Shown here: piece after piece, positions 39,118-49,144 of the stretch
Numbering within the stretch: the first letter of the stretch is position 1
How the letters are laid out: each line of letters opens with the position of its first letter
Source of the DNA: Lysobacterales bacterium
GTDB lineage: Bacteria; Pseudomonadota; Gammaproteobacteria; Xanthomonadales; Marinicellaceae
Length of the DNA: 64,000 bases
Direction of reading: 5' to 3'
Assembly (NCBI GenBank): GCA_020442635.1
Contig: JAGRJR010000007.1
Coordinates: 434 to 64,433 of the forward strand
Program-made: the position numbers and the translations under genes
Notes under the pieces: generated by a model
What the model was told of the DNA's origin: nothing
Database searches by the model: none
Seen by the model: only the letters and a program-made list of their open reading frames with translations

Positions 39118-39621
39118 TTATTCTTCGTTATCATCGCAGCACTCTTTTCTGGTTTTTAAAGCCAACTTAACCAAGGCCAATGGCAGCAGGTAGAGAATGG
39201 CGTAAATAACCAGTACCTGTAACAGAATGAAAACATGTAACTGATAATTGTCTTTATGTGTTTTGTATAATGCGAATGCCAAAATCAACAAATAAGGTAC
39301 TACATAGAGCACAAAATATCGAAATAATGTACTTCTTTTGAATAAGTTTTTTATCTGCGAAACCAAATTCCTGAAGCTATCCAAGATTAGTTGACCATGA
39401 CTTATACCCTCATTGTTATTTTGCTTTTTCAGCCACTTCATTAAAATAACCCATACCGTTAGGCAGCCTATGAAAATTAAAATGGGTATGCCGCCATACA
39501 CCAGAATGTTTCCAAACAAACCTAAATCCGGAGGCATGATTCCTGTTGCACACGCACTTCCGCTAAACCACAGTAAGGCCGCACATAGACAAATAGTGAG
39601 TTTGGTTAAATCAAGATTCAT
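39118..39621 (-). CDS. hypothetical membrane protein
   Basis: 167 aa with about four hydrophobic helices. Overlaps the upstream GT gene end by 11 nt. Confidence 0.5.
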   Translation of the reverse strand: MNLDLTKLTICLCAALLWFSGSACATGIMPPDLGLFGNILVYGGIPILIFIGCLTVWVILMKWLKKQNNNEGISHGQLILDSFRNLVSQIKNLFKRSTLFRYFVLYVVPYLLILAFALYKTHKDNYQLHVFILLQVLVIYAILYLLPLALVKLALKTRKECCDDNEE

Positions 39622-40741
39622 AGGCTTTAATTGTTAACTCGGCACAACGTTGCCAGGTATATTGTTGGGCATGTTCAAGTCCAGTTTGTTTTGCATTATT
39701 TAGCCAAGTGTCATCACTTATGGCTTGCTCAAGAGCCGCTTGTATTGACTCAATATCATAAGGATCACATAGCTTGGCATAACCTCTGGCCACCTCTTGC
39801 ATGGCAGAATTTTGACTGGTTAGTACGGCAGTGCCCGAAGCCATCGATTCTATGATCGGCAAGCCAAAGCCCTCATACAAGGACGGAAAGGCGGTTAACT
39901 GTGCTGCTGCATAGAGATGTTGTAGTTGAGTTTGACTGAGATAGCCCAGGCTAATGATTTGACCTTGTTTGACCAATTGACGAATCTGTTGTTGTAAATC
40001 CTGATTGAGCCAACCCGTAGAGCCCGCCAAAACCAACGGATAGGTGCTTCTTAAGTTTTTTGGTAGTTGCGTATAAGCCAACAACAAACGATTGAGATTT
40101 TTTCGTGGTTCAGTGGTGGCCACTGACAAAATAAATTGCTGGTATGATAATTGATGTTTTTGCAAGGTGGCAGCCACTTCAGTTTCTGTGTAGGGTTTGA
40201 AGCCTGCATTGACTCCCAAAGGTGTGACATGAATCTGTTCAGTAGGAAAAGCATAATGTTCAATGATTTCCTGTTTGACATGTTCAGAAGGTGTCACTAA
40301 AACATCAGCTTGTTCCAAAGTTTTGGGAATCTCTCGATCCAAAAACTGTAAACGGTAACTTGGCTGAGTTTCTCGATAATGCACAAAGGACAAATCATGG
40401 AAGGTTGCTACAGATTTGCCATCATAGGGCATTAACACAAAATTGGGACTATGAAAAATGGCATCATCCAAACCCTGGGTCAATTGTTTAAATTTTTTAG
40501 CGCGTCTTTTGGTATACATGTTCAAAGCCAAAGACTTGAAGGGCACCCATTGACGCAAATGACTGAGCCATTGATTCTCTTCAGCCGAATGCGCAATGTC
40601 TTTAACCCAATGATCAGCGGAAAAATATTGAATGCTGCTTATTTTAGATTGCTGTGGTAGATGTTGTCCCAGCTGTAAGGTGTATTGGCCGATACCGGTC
40701 AAGGGATGGGTGATGGCATCTACATTTAAAATGACTTTCAA
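39611..40741 (-). CDS. glycosyltransferase family 4 (GT-B)
   Basis: E-x7-E motif YEGFGLPIIESMASGTAVL. Confidence 0.8.
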   Translation of the reverse strand: MKVILNVDAITHPLTGIGQYTLQLGQHLPQQSKISSIQYFSADHWVKDIAHSAEENQWLSHLRQWVPFKSLALNMYTKRRAKKFKQLTQGLDDAIFHSPNFVLMPYDGKSVATFHDLSFVHYRETQPSYRLQFLDREIPKTLEQADVLVTPSEHVKQEIIEHYAFPTEQIHVTPLGVNAGFKPYTETEVAATLQKHQLSYQQFILSVATTEPRKNLNRLLLAYTQLPKNLRSTYPLVLAGSTGWLNQDLQQQIRQLVKQGQIISLGYLSQTQLQHLYAAAQLTAFPSLYEGFGLPIIESMASGTAVLTSQNSAMQEVARGYAKLCDPYDIESIQAALEQAISDDTWLNNAKQTGLEHAQQYTWQRCAELTIKAYES

Positions 40742-40797
40742 AAGATTAACTCAGGCTGGTATCATGTCAGGTGTTTTAATTCTATCAAATTTATAAC

Positions 40798-41229
40798 ATG
40801 ACCAACCCATTTCATTTGGCCATTCCGGTCAGAAACGTTGAAGAGGCCAAAAAATTTTATATTGATGTATTGGGCTGCAAGCAAGGACGCAGTTCCAGTC
40901 ACTGGGTGGATCTGGATTTGTTTGGTCATCAATTGGTTTGTCACTTGGATGAATCTTTGGGAGCAGATGGCAAGGTCAGATTGATCAACAATGAAGTCGA
41001 TGCCCGTGGCGTGCCTGTTCCCCATTTTGGAGTGGTGCTGAGTATGGATGACTGGCAGCTTTTGGCCGATAAACTGACGGCTGTGGGCACAGAATTTGTA
41101 ATCGAACCCTATATCCGCTTCAAAGGAAAACCAGGCGAACAAGCTACCTTGTTCTTTTTAGACCCTTCTGGCAACGCTTTGGAATTTAAGGCTTTTAAAG
41201 ATTTATCACAGCTTTTTGTGGTTGATTAA
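40798..41229 (+). CDS. VOC (glyoxalase/bleomycin-resistance/dioxygenase) family protein
   Basis: FHLAIPVRNVEEAKKFYIDVLG N-terminus is typical of VOC beta-alpha-beta-beta-beta modules. Confidence 0.65.
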   Translation: MTNPFHLAIPVRNVEEAKKFYIDVLGCKQGRSSSHWVDLDLFGHQLVCHLDESLGADGKVRLINNEVDARGVPVPHFGVVLSMDDWQLLADKLTAVGTEFVIEPYIRFKGKPGEQATLFFLDPSGNALEFKAFKDLSQLFVVD

Positions 41230-42712
41230 TCACCAGTTCCAGACCCATGTTAGGCCATTGCTTCATCTCATCTTTCAGATCGGCTTTAATCAAAGGATGA
41301 TCATGTAACCATTCGGTGTCTATTTCTATACAAACCTTGTGATGACGCCAACTCATGTGTTTGATGGGCACCGGCTCATGGTGCCGATTTCGGGCAAACA
41401 CCACTGATAAGCGCAAAATGACTAATAATTGCACCACCACTTCATATTGGCGGTCAGTTAAACCAGATAGCACGCTTTTACTGATTTTTCGCCGGTGTAA
41501 ACGTATCAGGGTGGCCATCACCAATTTTTGTTGGTTGGAAAAACCTGGCATATCGGCATGATTGACCAAAAAAGCACCAATTTTGTGGTATTGGCTGTGA
41601 GCAATGGACAAGCCGATTTCATGCAGTTTAATGGCGCCTTTGAGTAAATTCAGAATCCGACGTCGAATTTTCAAATTCAGATGTTGAATAATGTCTTCGC
41701 TGTAGCGCTGAACATTTTCTGCATGTTGCATATCCACGGTAAATTGTTCGGTGAGTTTACGGATGCTGCGTTTGGTCACAGAAATGGTTTGTGGCCCATC
41801 GGACATTTCATAGATCAGACCTTCTCGCAATGCACCCAAAGAAACATCAATCTGATCCAGCCGGAACGCTTTCATCAAGGCATACACAATGGCTAAACCA
41901 CCAATGAACACTGGTCTGCGATCTTCACTCAATCCATTTACCTGAGTAAGTTTATCAATGTGTCCTAGTTCAATACATTGTTGTTTAAGTAGTTTTAATC
42001 CTTCCATGGTGATACCATTGGGCGCCCATTCATTGGCCTCCAGGATCGCGGCAGTAGCACGTAATGTGCCAGAGGCGCCTACGCTGTGACTCCAGCCTTG
42101 GTTGATATACTCTTGCACATAAGGGTTAAGTTCTTGCAAAGCATGAATCACGGCTTTTTTCCAATTGTGCTTATCAATGATGCCATCTTTGAAATACTTC
42201 TGTGTGTAACTGACACAACCCATATATAAGCTTTCTCGCTTATGTGGTTTCATGCCATCACCAATAATCAATTCGGTACTACCGCCACCAATGTCCATCA
42301 CCAGTTTGCGTGAGGGGTTGCCACGGGTTGATTGCGCTACGCCCAAATACAACATACGCGCTTCTTCACGACCGGAGATGATTTCTATTTCATGGTTAAG
42401 GATTTTTTCTGCTTTTCGTATAAATTCTGCAGAATTTTTTGCCACCCGTAAGGTGTTGGTTCCAACCACACGGATGTGAGAATCTGGGATATTTTGTATC
42501 CGTTCAGACATCAGTCGCAGAGAATCGTAGGCTTTTTCCAGGTACTCATCCGAGATATTTTTATGCGCGTCCAAACCAGCAGCCATCCTCACCATATGTT
42601 TTACGGAGTCAATGGGATAAATTTGGCCGGATTTAAATGATGCCACCAACAAATGAAATGAGTTGGATCCTAAATCAATGGCGGCGTACAGGTTTTTTGA
42701 CGAATTTGGCAT
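41195..42712 (-). CDS. gppA: exopolyphosphatase / pppGpp phosphohydrolase (Ppx/GppA family)
   Basis: YAAIDLGSNSFHLLVA and MDIGGGSTELIIG (ASKHA fold) plus a C-terminal HD-like domain. It sits next to rho-trxA, as gppA does in enterics. Confidence 0.8.
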   Translation of the reverse strand: MPNSSKNLYAAIDLGSNSFHLLVASFKSGQIYPIDSVKHMVRMAAGLDAHKNISDEYLEKAYDSLRLMSERIQNIPDSHIRVVGTNTLRVAKNSAEFIRKAEKILNHEIEIISGREEARMLYLGVAQSTRGNPSRKLVMDIGGGSTELIIGDGMKPHKRESLYMGCVSYTQKYFKDGIIDKHNWKKAVIHALQELNPYVQEYINQGWSHSVGASGTLRATAAILEANEWAPNGITMEGLKLLKQQCIELGHIDKLTQVNGLSEDRRPVFIGGLAIVYALMKAFRLDQIDVSLGALREGLIYEMSDGPQTISVTKRSIRKLTEQFTVDMQHAENVQRYSEDIIQHLNLKIRRRILNLLKGAIKLHEIGLSIAHSQYHKIGAFLVNHADMPGFSNQQKLVMATLIRLHRRKISKSVLSGLTDRQYEVVVQLLVILRLSVVFARNRHHEPVPIKHMSWRHHKVCIEIDTEWLHDHPLIKADLKDEMKQWPNMGLELVINQPQKAVINL

Positions 42713-42892
42713 GGGTTTATTTTAACTAGTCAGTTTTGAAAAAGTCCATCCTGGCCTTCTTTAAAATCGGTCAAAAAACACTTAACCTCAAAAATGTGAT
42801 TTTTCTGGTGTTTTATGACCTTGCTTGAGCCTTTTGGCTCAGGGCGGTACATCCCTGTACCACTAAAAATGCCAAATCGTTGGTTTTGAGAA

Positions 42893-44149
42893 TTATCGTT
42901 TCATTGAAGTAAAGAATTCTTCATTGGTTTTGGTGTCTTTTAGTTTATCCAGCAAAAACTCAATGGCTTGCAAGTCATCCATTGGATTCAGAATCTTACG
43001 CAGGATGTGCGCTTTTTGCAGGAAGTCTGGCTCTACAATCAAGTCCTCACGACGAGTACCCGACTTGTTGATGTTCATGGCTGGCCAAATGCGTTTTTCA
43101 GCAGCACGGCGATCCAGATGAACTTCCATATTACCAGTACCTTTAAATTCCTCAAAAATCACTTCGTCCATTTTAGAGCCGGTTTCAACCAAGCCAGTGG
43201 CGATGATGGTTAAGCTACCACCTTCTTCAACATTACGTGCTGCACCAAAGAATTTTTTGGGACGATGCAAAGCATTGGCATCTACACCACCAGTCAGGAT
43301 TTTACCTGAGGCTGGCGTTACTGTGTTGTAAGCACGAGCCAATCGGGTGATTGAGTCAAGCAGAATAATGACGTCTTGTTTGTGTTCCACCAAACGTTTT
43401 GCTCGTTCAATCACCATATCTGCCACTTGTACGTGGCGGGTTGCAGGTTCATCAAAAGTCGATGCAATCACTTCACCTTTGACTGTACGTTGCATGTCGG
43501 TCACCTCTTCAGGACGTTCGTCTATCAGTAACACGAATAATTTGGCCTCAGGGTTGTTCATTGCTATGGAAGTGGCAATGTTTTGCAAAATCATGGTTTT
43601 ACCCGCTTTAGGTGGTGAAACAATCAAACCACGCTGACCTTTACCAATGGGTGAAATCAAATCAATGATTCGAGTGGTTAAATCTTCTCTTGAGCCATCA
43701 CCTCGTTCCATTTTTAGCTGTTCAGTTGCAAACAAAGGCGTCAGGTTTTCAAAAATGATTTTTCCTTTGGTATTTTCGGGTGGCTCATAGTTGATGGTAC
43801 TAATCTGCAACAAAGCAAAATAGCGTTCAGAATCTTTAGGCGGTCTTATTTTACCGACTATGGTGTCACCAGTTTGTAACCCAAAGCGTCTGATTTGACT
43901 GGGCGATACATAAATATCATCAGGTCCAGCCTGATAGGAGCCTTCAGGCGCTCGCAAAAACCCAAAGCCATCAGGCAATACTTCCAATACGCCATCACCG
44001 AATATATCTTCACCTTTTTTGGCGTGTTTTTTCAGGATGGAAAAAATCATTTGTTGTTTGTGAACACGAGAGCGGTTTTCGACACCAACTTCTTGGGCAA
44101 TTTCAGTCAACTTGGTGGTCGACATTTGTTTTAATTCAGATAGGTTCAT
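42893..44149 (-). CDS. rho: transcription termination factor Rho
   Basis: [22 protein letters not shown], an N-terminal RNA-binding region, 418 aa. Confidence 0.97.
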   Translation of the reverse strand: MNLSELKQMSTTKLTEIAQEVGVENRSRVHKQQMIFSILKKHAKKGEDIFGDGVLEVLPDGFGFLRAPEGSYQAGPDDIYVSPSQIRRFGLQTGDTIVGKIRPPKDSERYFALLQISTINYEPPENTKGKIIFENLTPLFATEQLKMERGDGSREDLTTRIIDLISPIGKGQRGLIVSPPKAGKTMILQNIATSIAMNNPEAKLFVLLIDERPEEVTDMQRTVKGEVIASTFDEPATRHVQVADMVIERAKRLVEHKQDVIILLDSITRLARAYNTVTPASGKILTGGVDANALHRPKKFFGAARNVEEGGSLTIIATGLVETGSKMDEVIFEEFKGTGNMEVHLDRRAAEKRIWPAMNINKSGTRREDLIVEPDFLQKAHILRKILNPMDDLQAIEFLLDKLKDTKTNEEFFTSMKR

Positions 44150-44342
44150 ATAATTTTTTTGGCAGAATGCCTGTTTGATGGTTCTGAGTGATTAAGTTAA
44201 AAGTTCCCTTATAAAGCGCGTAATATTACATCTGCATACGCTAAAAATATTTTTTAAAGTTTAAGGATTAATGCTTTCGACAAAAGACTTGCCGGATTTG
44301 ATGTGTATAAACTACCATGTAAATTTGATGCTGTCCAGCGCG

Positions 44343-44382
44343 AAAATAAAAAAACGCCTGATTGTTTTGAAAATCAGGCGTT
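44343..44382 (-). terminator. intrinsic terminator downstream of trxA
   Basis: Minus strand: AACGCCTGATT-loop-AATCAGGCGTT followed by TTTTTTTATTTT. Confidence 0.8.
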
Positions 44383-44392
44383 ATTTAACAGT

Positions 44393-44719
44393 TTATGCTG
44401 TGTGTTTGTTCAAAAAGTCCAGGAGTTGACCTTTTGATACGGCTCCTACGTGCTGATCAATAACTTCACCATTCTTGAATACCATCAATGTTGGAATACC
44501 TCTGATGGCCATCTTAACAGCTGTTTCCTTGTTATCTTCGATGTTCAGTTTAGCCACTTTAACTTGACCGTCTAACTCTTCGGCGACTTCTTCTAAAATC
44601 GGAGCAATCATGCGACATGGACCACACCATTCTGCCCAATAATCCACCAAAACTGGTATGTCCGAGTTGGTGATTTCATCAAAAGTGGCATCTGTGGCCG
44701 TAATAATGTTTTCGCTCAT
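44393..44719 (-). CDS. trxA: thioredoxin
   Basis: WAEWCGPC active site. GGAGA SD before ATG 44719. 108 aa. Confidence 0.95.
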   Translation of the reverse strand: MSENIITATDATFDEITNSDIPVLVDYWAEWCGPCRMIAPILEEVAEELDGQVKVAKLNIEDNKETAVKMAIRGIPTLMVFKNGEVIDQHVGAVSKGQLLDFLNKHTA

Positions 44720-44820
44720 GTTTTTCTCCATTGAAACCTTGGTCAAGGTTGTTTGTTAATTTTGACGATATATGTGGTTGGTTTTGACAATTTCAATCAG
44801 ATATTGTTGCAAATATTACA

Positions 44821-45543
44821 TCATTCCAAAATCTGTAAAAACCTAGGCATATCAATAATAGTGATTTGTTGATCAGCCAGTGCCAGTATGTTATTTTTCT
44901 TCAACTTGGTAAAAGTTCGGCTCAAAGTTTCTTCGGCAAGACCAAGGTAATTTGCGAGATCTCGTTGTGAAACCTGAAATGGAAACTGACTGGCGGAAAA
45001 GCCTCTTGAATAATACAAATCTGAAACATCTTTTACAAAGCTGACCAGTTTTTGTTTGGCGTTATATTCGCTGTGAACAATTTCAAACTGGATGATTTTT
45101 TCACTCATCATTTTCATTACTCTGTTCTGGATATCCCTGTGTTTCATTGCCAGTTCCTGTAAGGGATAAAATGGTATCACACAATATGAACCAGAACTGA
45201 CGGCTTTAACTGTGGTTTTGTACTTGCCTTCATGAATGCCGTCAAAGCCCATTACTTGGCCGGGGATAAAAATATCTACAATACGTTCATCTCCCTGTTG
45301 AGTCAGGTAGACTGATTTAAACATCCCTGAATGGACGGTATATAGATGTTGAAAAGTGGCCCCGGCTTTAAATACGGTCTGATTCTTTTCAATCATGATG
45401 TGGGAATCAATGATGTTTTCAATGGCTTTAATTTCTTCAGATTGAATTCTTACTCTACGGTTATCAACCATTTTGGTACACAATTCACAATCACCGCAGT
45501 TGCTTGAAGGGGTCGACATATAGCCTGACTTGGTTATTAACAT
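44821..45543 (-). CDS. fnr: Crp/Fnr-family oxygen-sensing regulator (FNR/ANR-like)
   Basis: N-terminal Cys cluster NCGDCELC plus central Cys (SGSYCVIPF). cNMP-like barrel. C-terminal [22 protein letters not shown]. Divergent from ccoN. Confidence 0.85.
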   Translation of the reverse strand: MLITKSGYMSTPSSNCGDCELCTKMVDNRRVRIQSEEIKAIENIIDSHIMIEKNQTVFKAGATFQHLYTVHSGMFKSVYLTQQGDERIVDIFIPGQVMGFDGIHEGKYKTTVKAVSSGSYCVIPFYPLQELAMKHRDIQNRVMKMMSEKIIQFEIVHSEYNAKQKLVSFVKDVSDLYYSRGFSASQFPFQVSQRDLANYLGLAEETLSRTFTKLKKNNILALADQQITIIDMPRFLQILE

Positions 45544-45579
45544 GTTTTGTTAGTTATATTTTTGTTAAAGTTTTAAATC

Positions 45580-45593
45580 TTGACATTAATCAA
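45580..45593. promoter_or_regulatory. FNR/ANR box
   Basis: TTGACattaATCAA has one mismatch to TTGAT-N4-ATCAA. Its centre lies ~73 nt upstream of the ccoN ATG and 37 nt upstream of the fnr ATG. Confidence 0.7.
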
Positions 45594-45659
45594 TATCAGA
45601 ATTGCTTCGGCTTTATTATAATTCATGCCATTCCTCATGGGCAAATAAGCATTGAAAAT

Positions 45660-47078
45660 ATGATTGATTTCAACGATAAGATAGTTAAGCAATTTACGAT
45701 TGCGACAATTTTTTGGGGCATTGTTGGCATGTTGGTTGGCGTTTTGATAGCGGCACAACTGACGTGGCCAGCTTTGAATTTTGACATTCCTTGGCTGACT
45801 TACAGTCGTTTGCGTCCGCTGCATACCAATGCAGTGATTTTCGCTTTCGGTGGTAATGCTTTGTTGGGCACGTCATTTTATGTGGCACAAAGAACCTGTC
45901 AGGTTAAACTGTTTTCCAACAGTTTAGCGAGTATGGTCTTTTGGGGTTACCAGCTTGTTATAGTTGGCGCTGCGTTGACTTTGCCCTTTGGTTTTACTCA
46001 AAGTAAGGAGTATGCTGAGCTGATTTGGCCACTTGATGTGCTGTTGACAGTGGTTTGGGTGTTGTATGCCATTGTTTATTTTGGCACCATCGCCACCAGA
46101 ACAGTTAAACATATATATGTGGCCAACTGGTTCTATGCGGCTTTCATCATTACCATTGCTGTTTTGCACATTGTTAATAACCTGGCGGTTCCGGTTAATT
46201 GGCATTTGTCCTATCCTGTGTTTTCAGGTGCGGTAGATGCTTTGACCCAATGGTGGTATGGTCATAATGCGGTGGGCTTCTTCCTGACCGCAGGCTTTTT
46301 GGGAATGATGTATTACTTTGTACCTAAACAAGCGGGTCGTCCGGTATATTCTTACCGATTATCTATTGTGCATTTTTGGGCTTTAGTTTCTACTTACATG
46401 TGGGCAGGTCCTCACCATTTGCAATACACTTCTTTACCAGATTGGGCACAATCGCTGGGCATGGTGTTTTCATTGATTTTGTTGGCTCCATCTTGGGGTG
46501 GCATGATTAACGGCATGATGACATTATCAGGCGCCTGGGATAAATTACGTTCTGATCCAATCATTAAAATGATGATTGTGGCTTTGTCGTTCTATGGTAT
46601 GAGTACTTTTGAAGGTCCGATGATGTCAATCAAGACGGTGAATGCGTTGTCTCATTACACTGACTGGACTATCGGACACGTTCACTCAGGCGCATTGGGT
46701 TGGGTCGCTTTGATGACTATGGCGTCCATGTATTCACTGGTACCAAGACTTTGGGGGCGTGATGGCATGTACAGCACCAACCTGATTAATGTTCACTTCT
46801 GGATTGCCACACTCGGCATTGTTCTCTACATCGCCTCGATGTGGATAGCAGGTGTGATGCAAGGTTTGATGTGGCGTGAGGTGGATGCCAATGGTGCATT
46901 GGTCTATAGCCACGTCGAAAGTATCGAGGCCACATATCCTTATTATGTGATTCGATTAATCGGTGGTTTGTTGTTCTTTGTGGGTATTTTAATTCAAGCT
47001 TATAACACCTGGAAAACAATTAAAGGTGATAAAAGCGAAAGTGCTGTAGCAGGTAGCGCAGCAGGAGCAAACGCATGA
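45660..47078 (+). CDS. ccoN: cbb3-type cytochrome c oxidase subunit I
   Basis: [13 protein letters not shown] and ~12 TM helices. ATG 45660 gives 472 aa. The track's 45504 start would overlap fnr and the FNR box. Confidence 0.93.
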   Translation: MIDFNDKIVKQFTIATIFWGIVGMLVGVLIAAQLTWPALNFDIPWLTYSRLRPLHTNAVIFAFGGNALLGTSFYVAQRTCQVKLFSNSLASMVFWGYQLVIVGAALTLPFGFTQSKEYAELIWPLDVLLTVVWVLYAIVYFGTIATRTVKHIYVANWFYAAFIITIAVLHIVNNLAVPVNWHLSYPVFSGAVDALTQWWYGHNAVGFFLTAGFLGMMYYFVPKQAGRPVYSYRLSIVHFWALVSTYMWAGPHHLQYTSLPDWAQSLGMVFSLILLAPSWGGMINGMMTLSGAWDKLRSDPIIKMMIVALSFYGMSTFEGPMMSIKTVNALSHYTDWTIGHVHSGALGWVALMTMASMYSLVPRLWGRDGMYSTNLINVHFWIATLGIVLYIASMWIAGVMQGLMWREVDANGALVYSHVESIEATYPYYVIRLIGGLLFFVGILIQAYNTWKTIKGDKSESAVAGSAAGANA

Positions 47079-47689
47079 GCAAGCATGAGAAAATTGAGAA
47101 AAATATTGGTTTAATGGGTGTGTTAATTGCTGTTGTCATCAGCTTTGCTGGCATCATTGAAATTGCTCCACTGATGTCTCAGGCAAGCGTGGTTGAACCA
47201 GTACCTGGTCTCAAACCAAGAAACCCTTTACAGTTAGCTGGTCAAAACATCTACGTATCTGAAGGTTGCTATAACTGTCATTCGCAGCAGGTTAGACCTT
47301 TTGTTGATGAAACATTGCGCTATGGACATTATTCTGTAGCAGGGGAGTCTGTTTATGACAGGCCTTTTCAATGGGGTTCAAAGCGCACCGGACCAGACTT
47401 GGCTCGAGTGGGGGGACGTTATTCCAATGAGTGGCATGAAATACATTTGATGGATCCTCGCTCAGTAGTTCCTACATCTAATATGCCTGGTTATCCATGG
47501 TTGGCAGAAACGCCTGTTGATGTTGAACAAACTGTGGCCAGTATGAAAACATTAAAAATGTTAGGTCACCCTTATTCTGACAAAGAGATTGCTGATGCAG
47601 CGGCCAGTTTAACTGACAAAACCCAGCTGGATGCACTGGTTGCTTACTTGCAAAACCTCGGTACAGCTATGCCAAGGAGTTACCAATGA
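47075..47689 (+). CDS. ccoO: cbb3-type cytochrome c oxidase subunit II (monohaem)
   Basis: [15 protein letters not shown] overlap with ccoN. Confidence 0.93.
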   Translation: MSKHEKIEKNIGLMGVLIAVVISFAGIIEIAPLMSQASVVEPVPGLKPRNPLQLAGQNIYVSEGCYNCHSQQVRPFVDETLRYGHYSVAGESVYDRPFQWGSKRTGPDLARVGGRYSNEWHEIHLMDPRSVVPTSNMPGYPWLAETPVDVEQTVASMKTLKMLGHPYSDKEIADAAASLTDKTQLDALVAYLQNLGTAMPRSYQ

Positions 47690-47850
47690 TCAGTGGCATC
47701 TACACAGCAGTATTGATTTTGATATTTCTGGGCATAGTCGCTTGGGCCTGGAGTAATCAAAATAAAGAAAAATTTGAAGAGTTGTCATACACCGCTTTAC
47801 AAGAAGATGAAGATATGACAGCAACCAATGAGGAGAAAATCCATGAGTAA
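47686..47850 (+). CDS. ccoQ: cbb3-type oxidase subunit CcoQ
   Basis: 54-codon ORF, below the track cutoff: [32 protein letters not shown]... It has a single TM. ATGA overlap with ccoO and 8-nt overlap with ccoP. Confidence 0.8.
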   Translation: MISGIYTAVLILIFLGIVAWAWSNQNKEKFEELSYTALQEDEDMTATNEEKIHE

Positions 47851-48724
47851 TTTTTGGCACTGGACCGTTATCATTTTAGTGGTAGCACACATCATTGCAT
47901 ATTTGTGGCTGCTTTTTGCGACTTCCAAGAAGAAAGTCGATAAACGCGAAGACAACACCACCGGTCACGTTTGGGATGGTGACTTAAGAGAATGGGACAA
48001 CCCTATGCCTCGTTGGTGGTTGTGGTTATTTGTACTTACCATCGTGTTTGCTCTGGGCTATTTGTATCTTTACCCAGGTTTAGGAAACTTCAAGGGCAGT
48101 AAGGAATGGACATCAACTGATCAATTTAAAACCGCTTATGAAGCCAATACCGAAGCGCGAAATCGTTCTTTTGCTGGTTTCATTGATAAGCCTGTTGAAC
48201 AGTTGATTAAAGATGAAAATGCGATGTTGATTGGTAAACGCATCTTTTCTAATAACTGCGCTTTGTGTCATGGCTCAGATGCCGCTGGTGCTGTCGGTTT
48301 TCCCAATCTGACCGACAACGACTGGAACTGGGGTGGTGATTATGAAACCATTGTAACTACCATCACCAATGGGCGGGCTGGAGTTATGCCTGCATTTGCA
48401 CCTGCTCTGGGAGAGGATGGTGCTAAACAAGTGGCCGCTTATGTACGTAGTTTGTCTGGTATCAGCCATGATGCCAATCTGGCTTCTGAAGGCGCTCAGA
48501 AATTTGGTATGTTTTGTGCCGCCTGTCATGGTGCTGATGCCAAAGGGCAGGATTTGTTTGGTGCTCCAAACCTGACTGACAATATCTGGTTGCATGGTTC
48601 AGATGCCATCATCGAAACCGCTTTGTATGAAGGTTTGAATGGCAACATGCCAGCACAAAAAGATATACTTGATGAAAATCGTATCAAGCTGGTTGCTGCT
48701 TATGTATATTCATTGAGCCAATAA
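47843..48724 (+). CDS. ccoP: cbb3-type cytochrome c oxidase subunit III (dihaem)
   Basis: Two CxxCH motifs (CALCHGSDA, CAACHGADA). N-terminal TM. Confidence 0.92.
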   Translation: MSNFWHWTVIILVVAHIIAYLWLLFATSKKKVDKREDNTTGHVWDGDLREWDNPMPRWWLWLFVLTIVFALGYLYLYPGLGNFKGSKEWTSTDQFKTAYEANTEARNRSFAGFIDKPVEQLIKDENAMLIGKRIFSNNCALCHGSDAAGAVGFPNLTDNDWNWGGDYETIVTTITNGRAGVMPAFAPALGEDGAKQVAAYVRSLSGISHDANLASEGAQKFGMFCAACHGADAKGQDLFGAPNLTDNIWLHGSDAIIETALYEGLNGNMPAQKDILDENRIKLVAAYVYSLSQ

Positions 48725-48773
48725 AGATTACAATATTGCAAACAGGAGGTTCTGTTTGGAGCCTCCTCTTTAT

Positions 48774-49100
48774 ATGAGACAAACTATGGGAACTCAACCA
48801 ATTGTAAAAAACCGGGGCTTCAATGAGCGTCAGATCAAACGCATTTTTTATCGGCGTTTAGCTATAGTGCTTTGGGTTTCTTTTTTTACTGCTGCGGTTG
48901 AATCCATGGTGTTTTTTGCCCTGTTTGACCCTTCATATTTGGGTCAATTGTCCAGTTTTTCTGTGGACATCACCCAATGGCAAGGTTATGCCATTGGGTT
49001 TGTTTTTTTCTGGGCTTTTACCTTCTTGGCGGCCCTGTTCAGTGGTGTAGTTTTGGCACTGCCCAGATCCCGATTGGCCAAAAGAAACCCCAACAGCTAA
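48774..49100 (+). CDS. hypothetical small membrane protein
   Basis: Two predicted TM helices. Lies between ccoP and ccoG. Confidence 0.45.
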   Translation: MRQTMGTQPIVKNRGFNERQIKRIFYRRLAIVLWVSFFTAAVESMVFFALFDPSYLGQLSSFSVDITQWQGYAIGFVFFWAFTFLAALFSGVVLALPRSRLAKRNPNS

Positions 49101-49144
49101 AAAAATAAAAATAAATTTTAACCCACAAATATCAGGCTTATCCC

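Noticed and set aside
40762-41142. 126-aa minus-strand ORF opposite the VOC gene, and similar antisense ORFs (e.g. 6876-7310, 8114-8524, 59901-60398, 50174-50596)
   Set aside because: They lie entirely inside well-supported genes on the other strand and have no recognisable motifs. They are typical shadow ORFs.
45504-45659. Long N-terminal extension of ccoN from the track start at 45504
   Set aside because: It would overlap the divergent fnr coding start and the FNR box. The ATG at 45660 gives a canonical-length CcoN.
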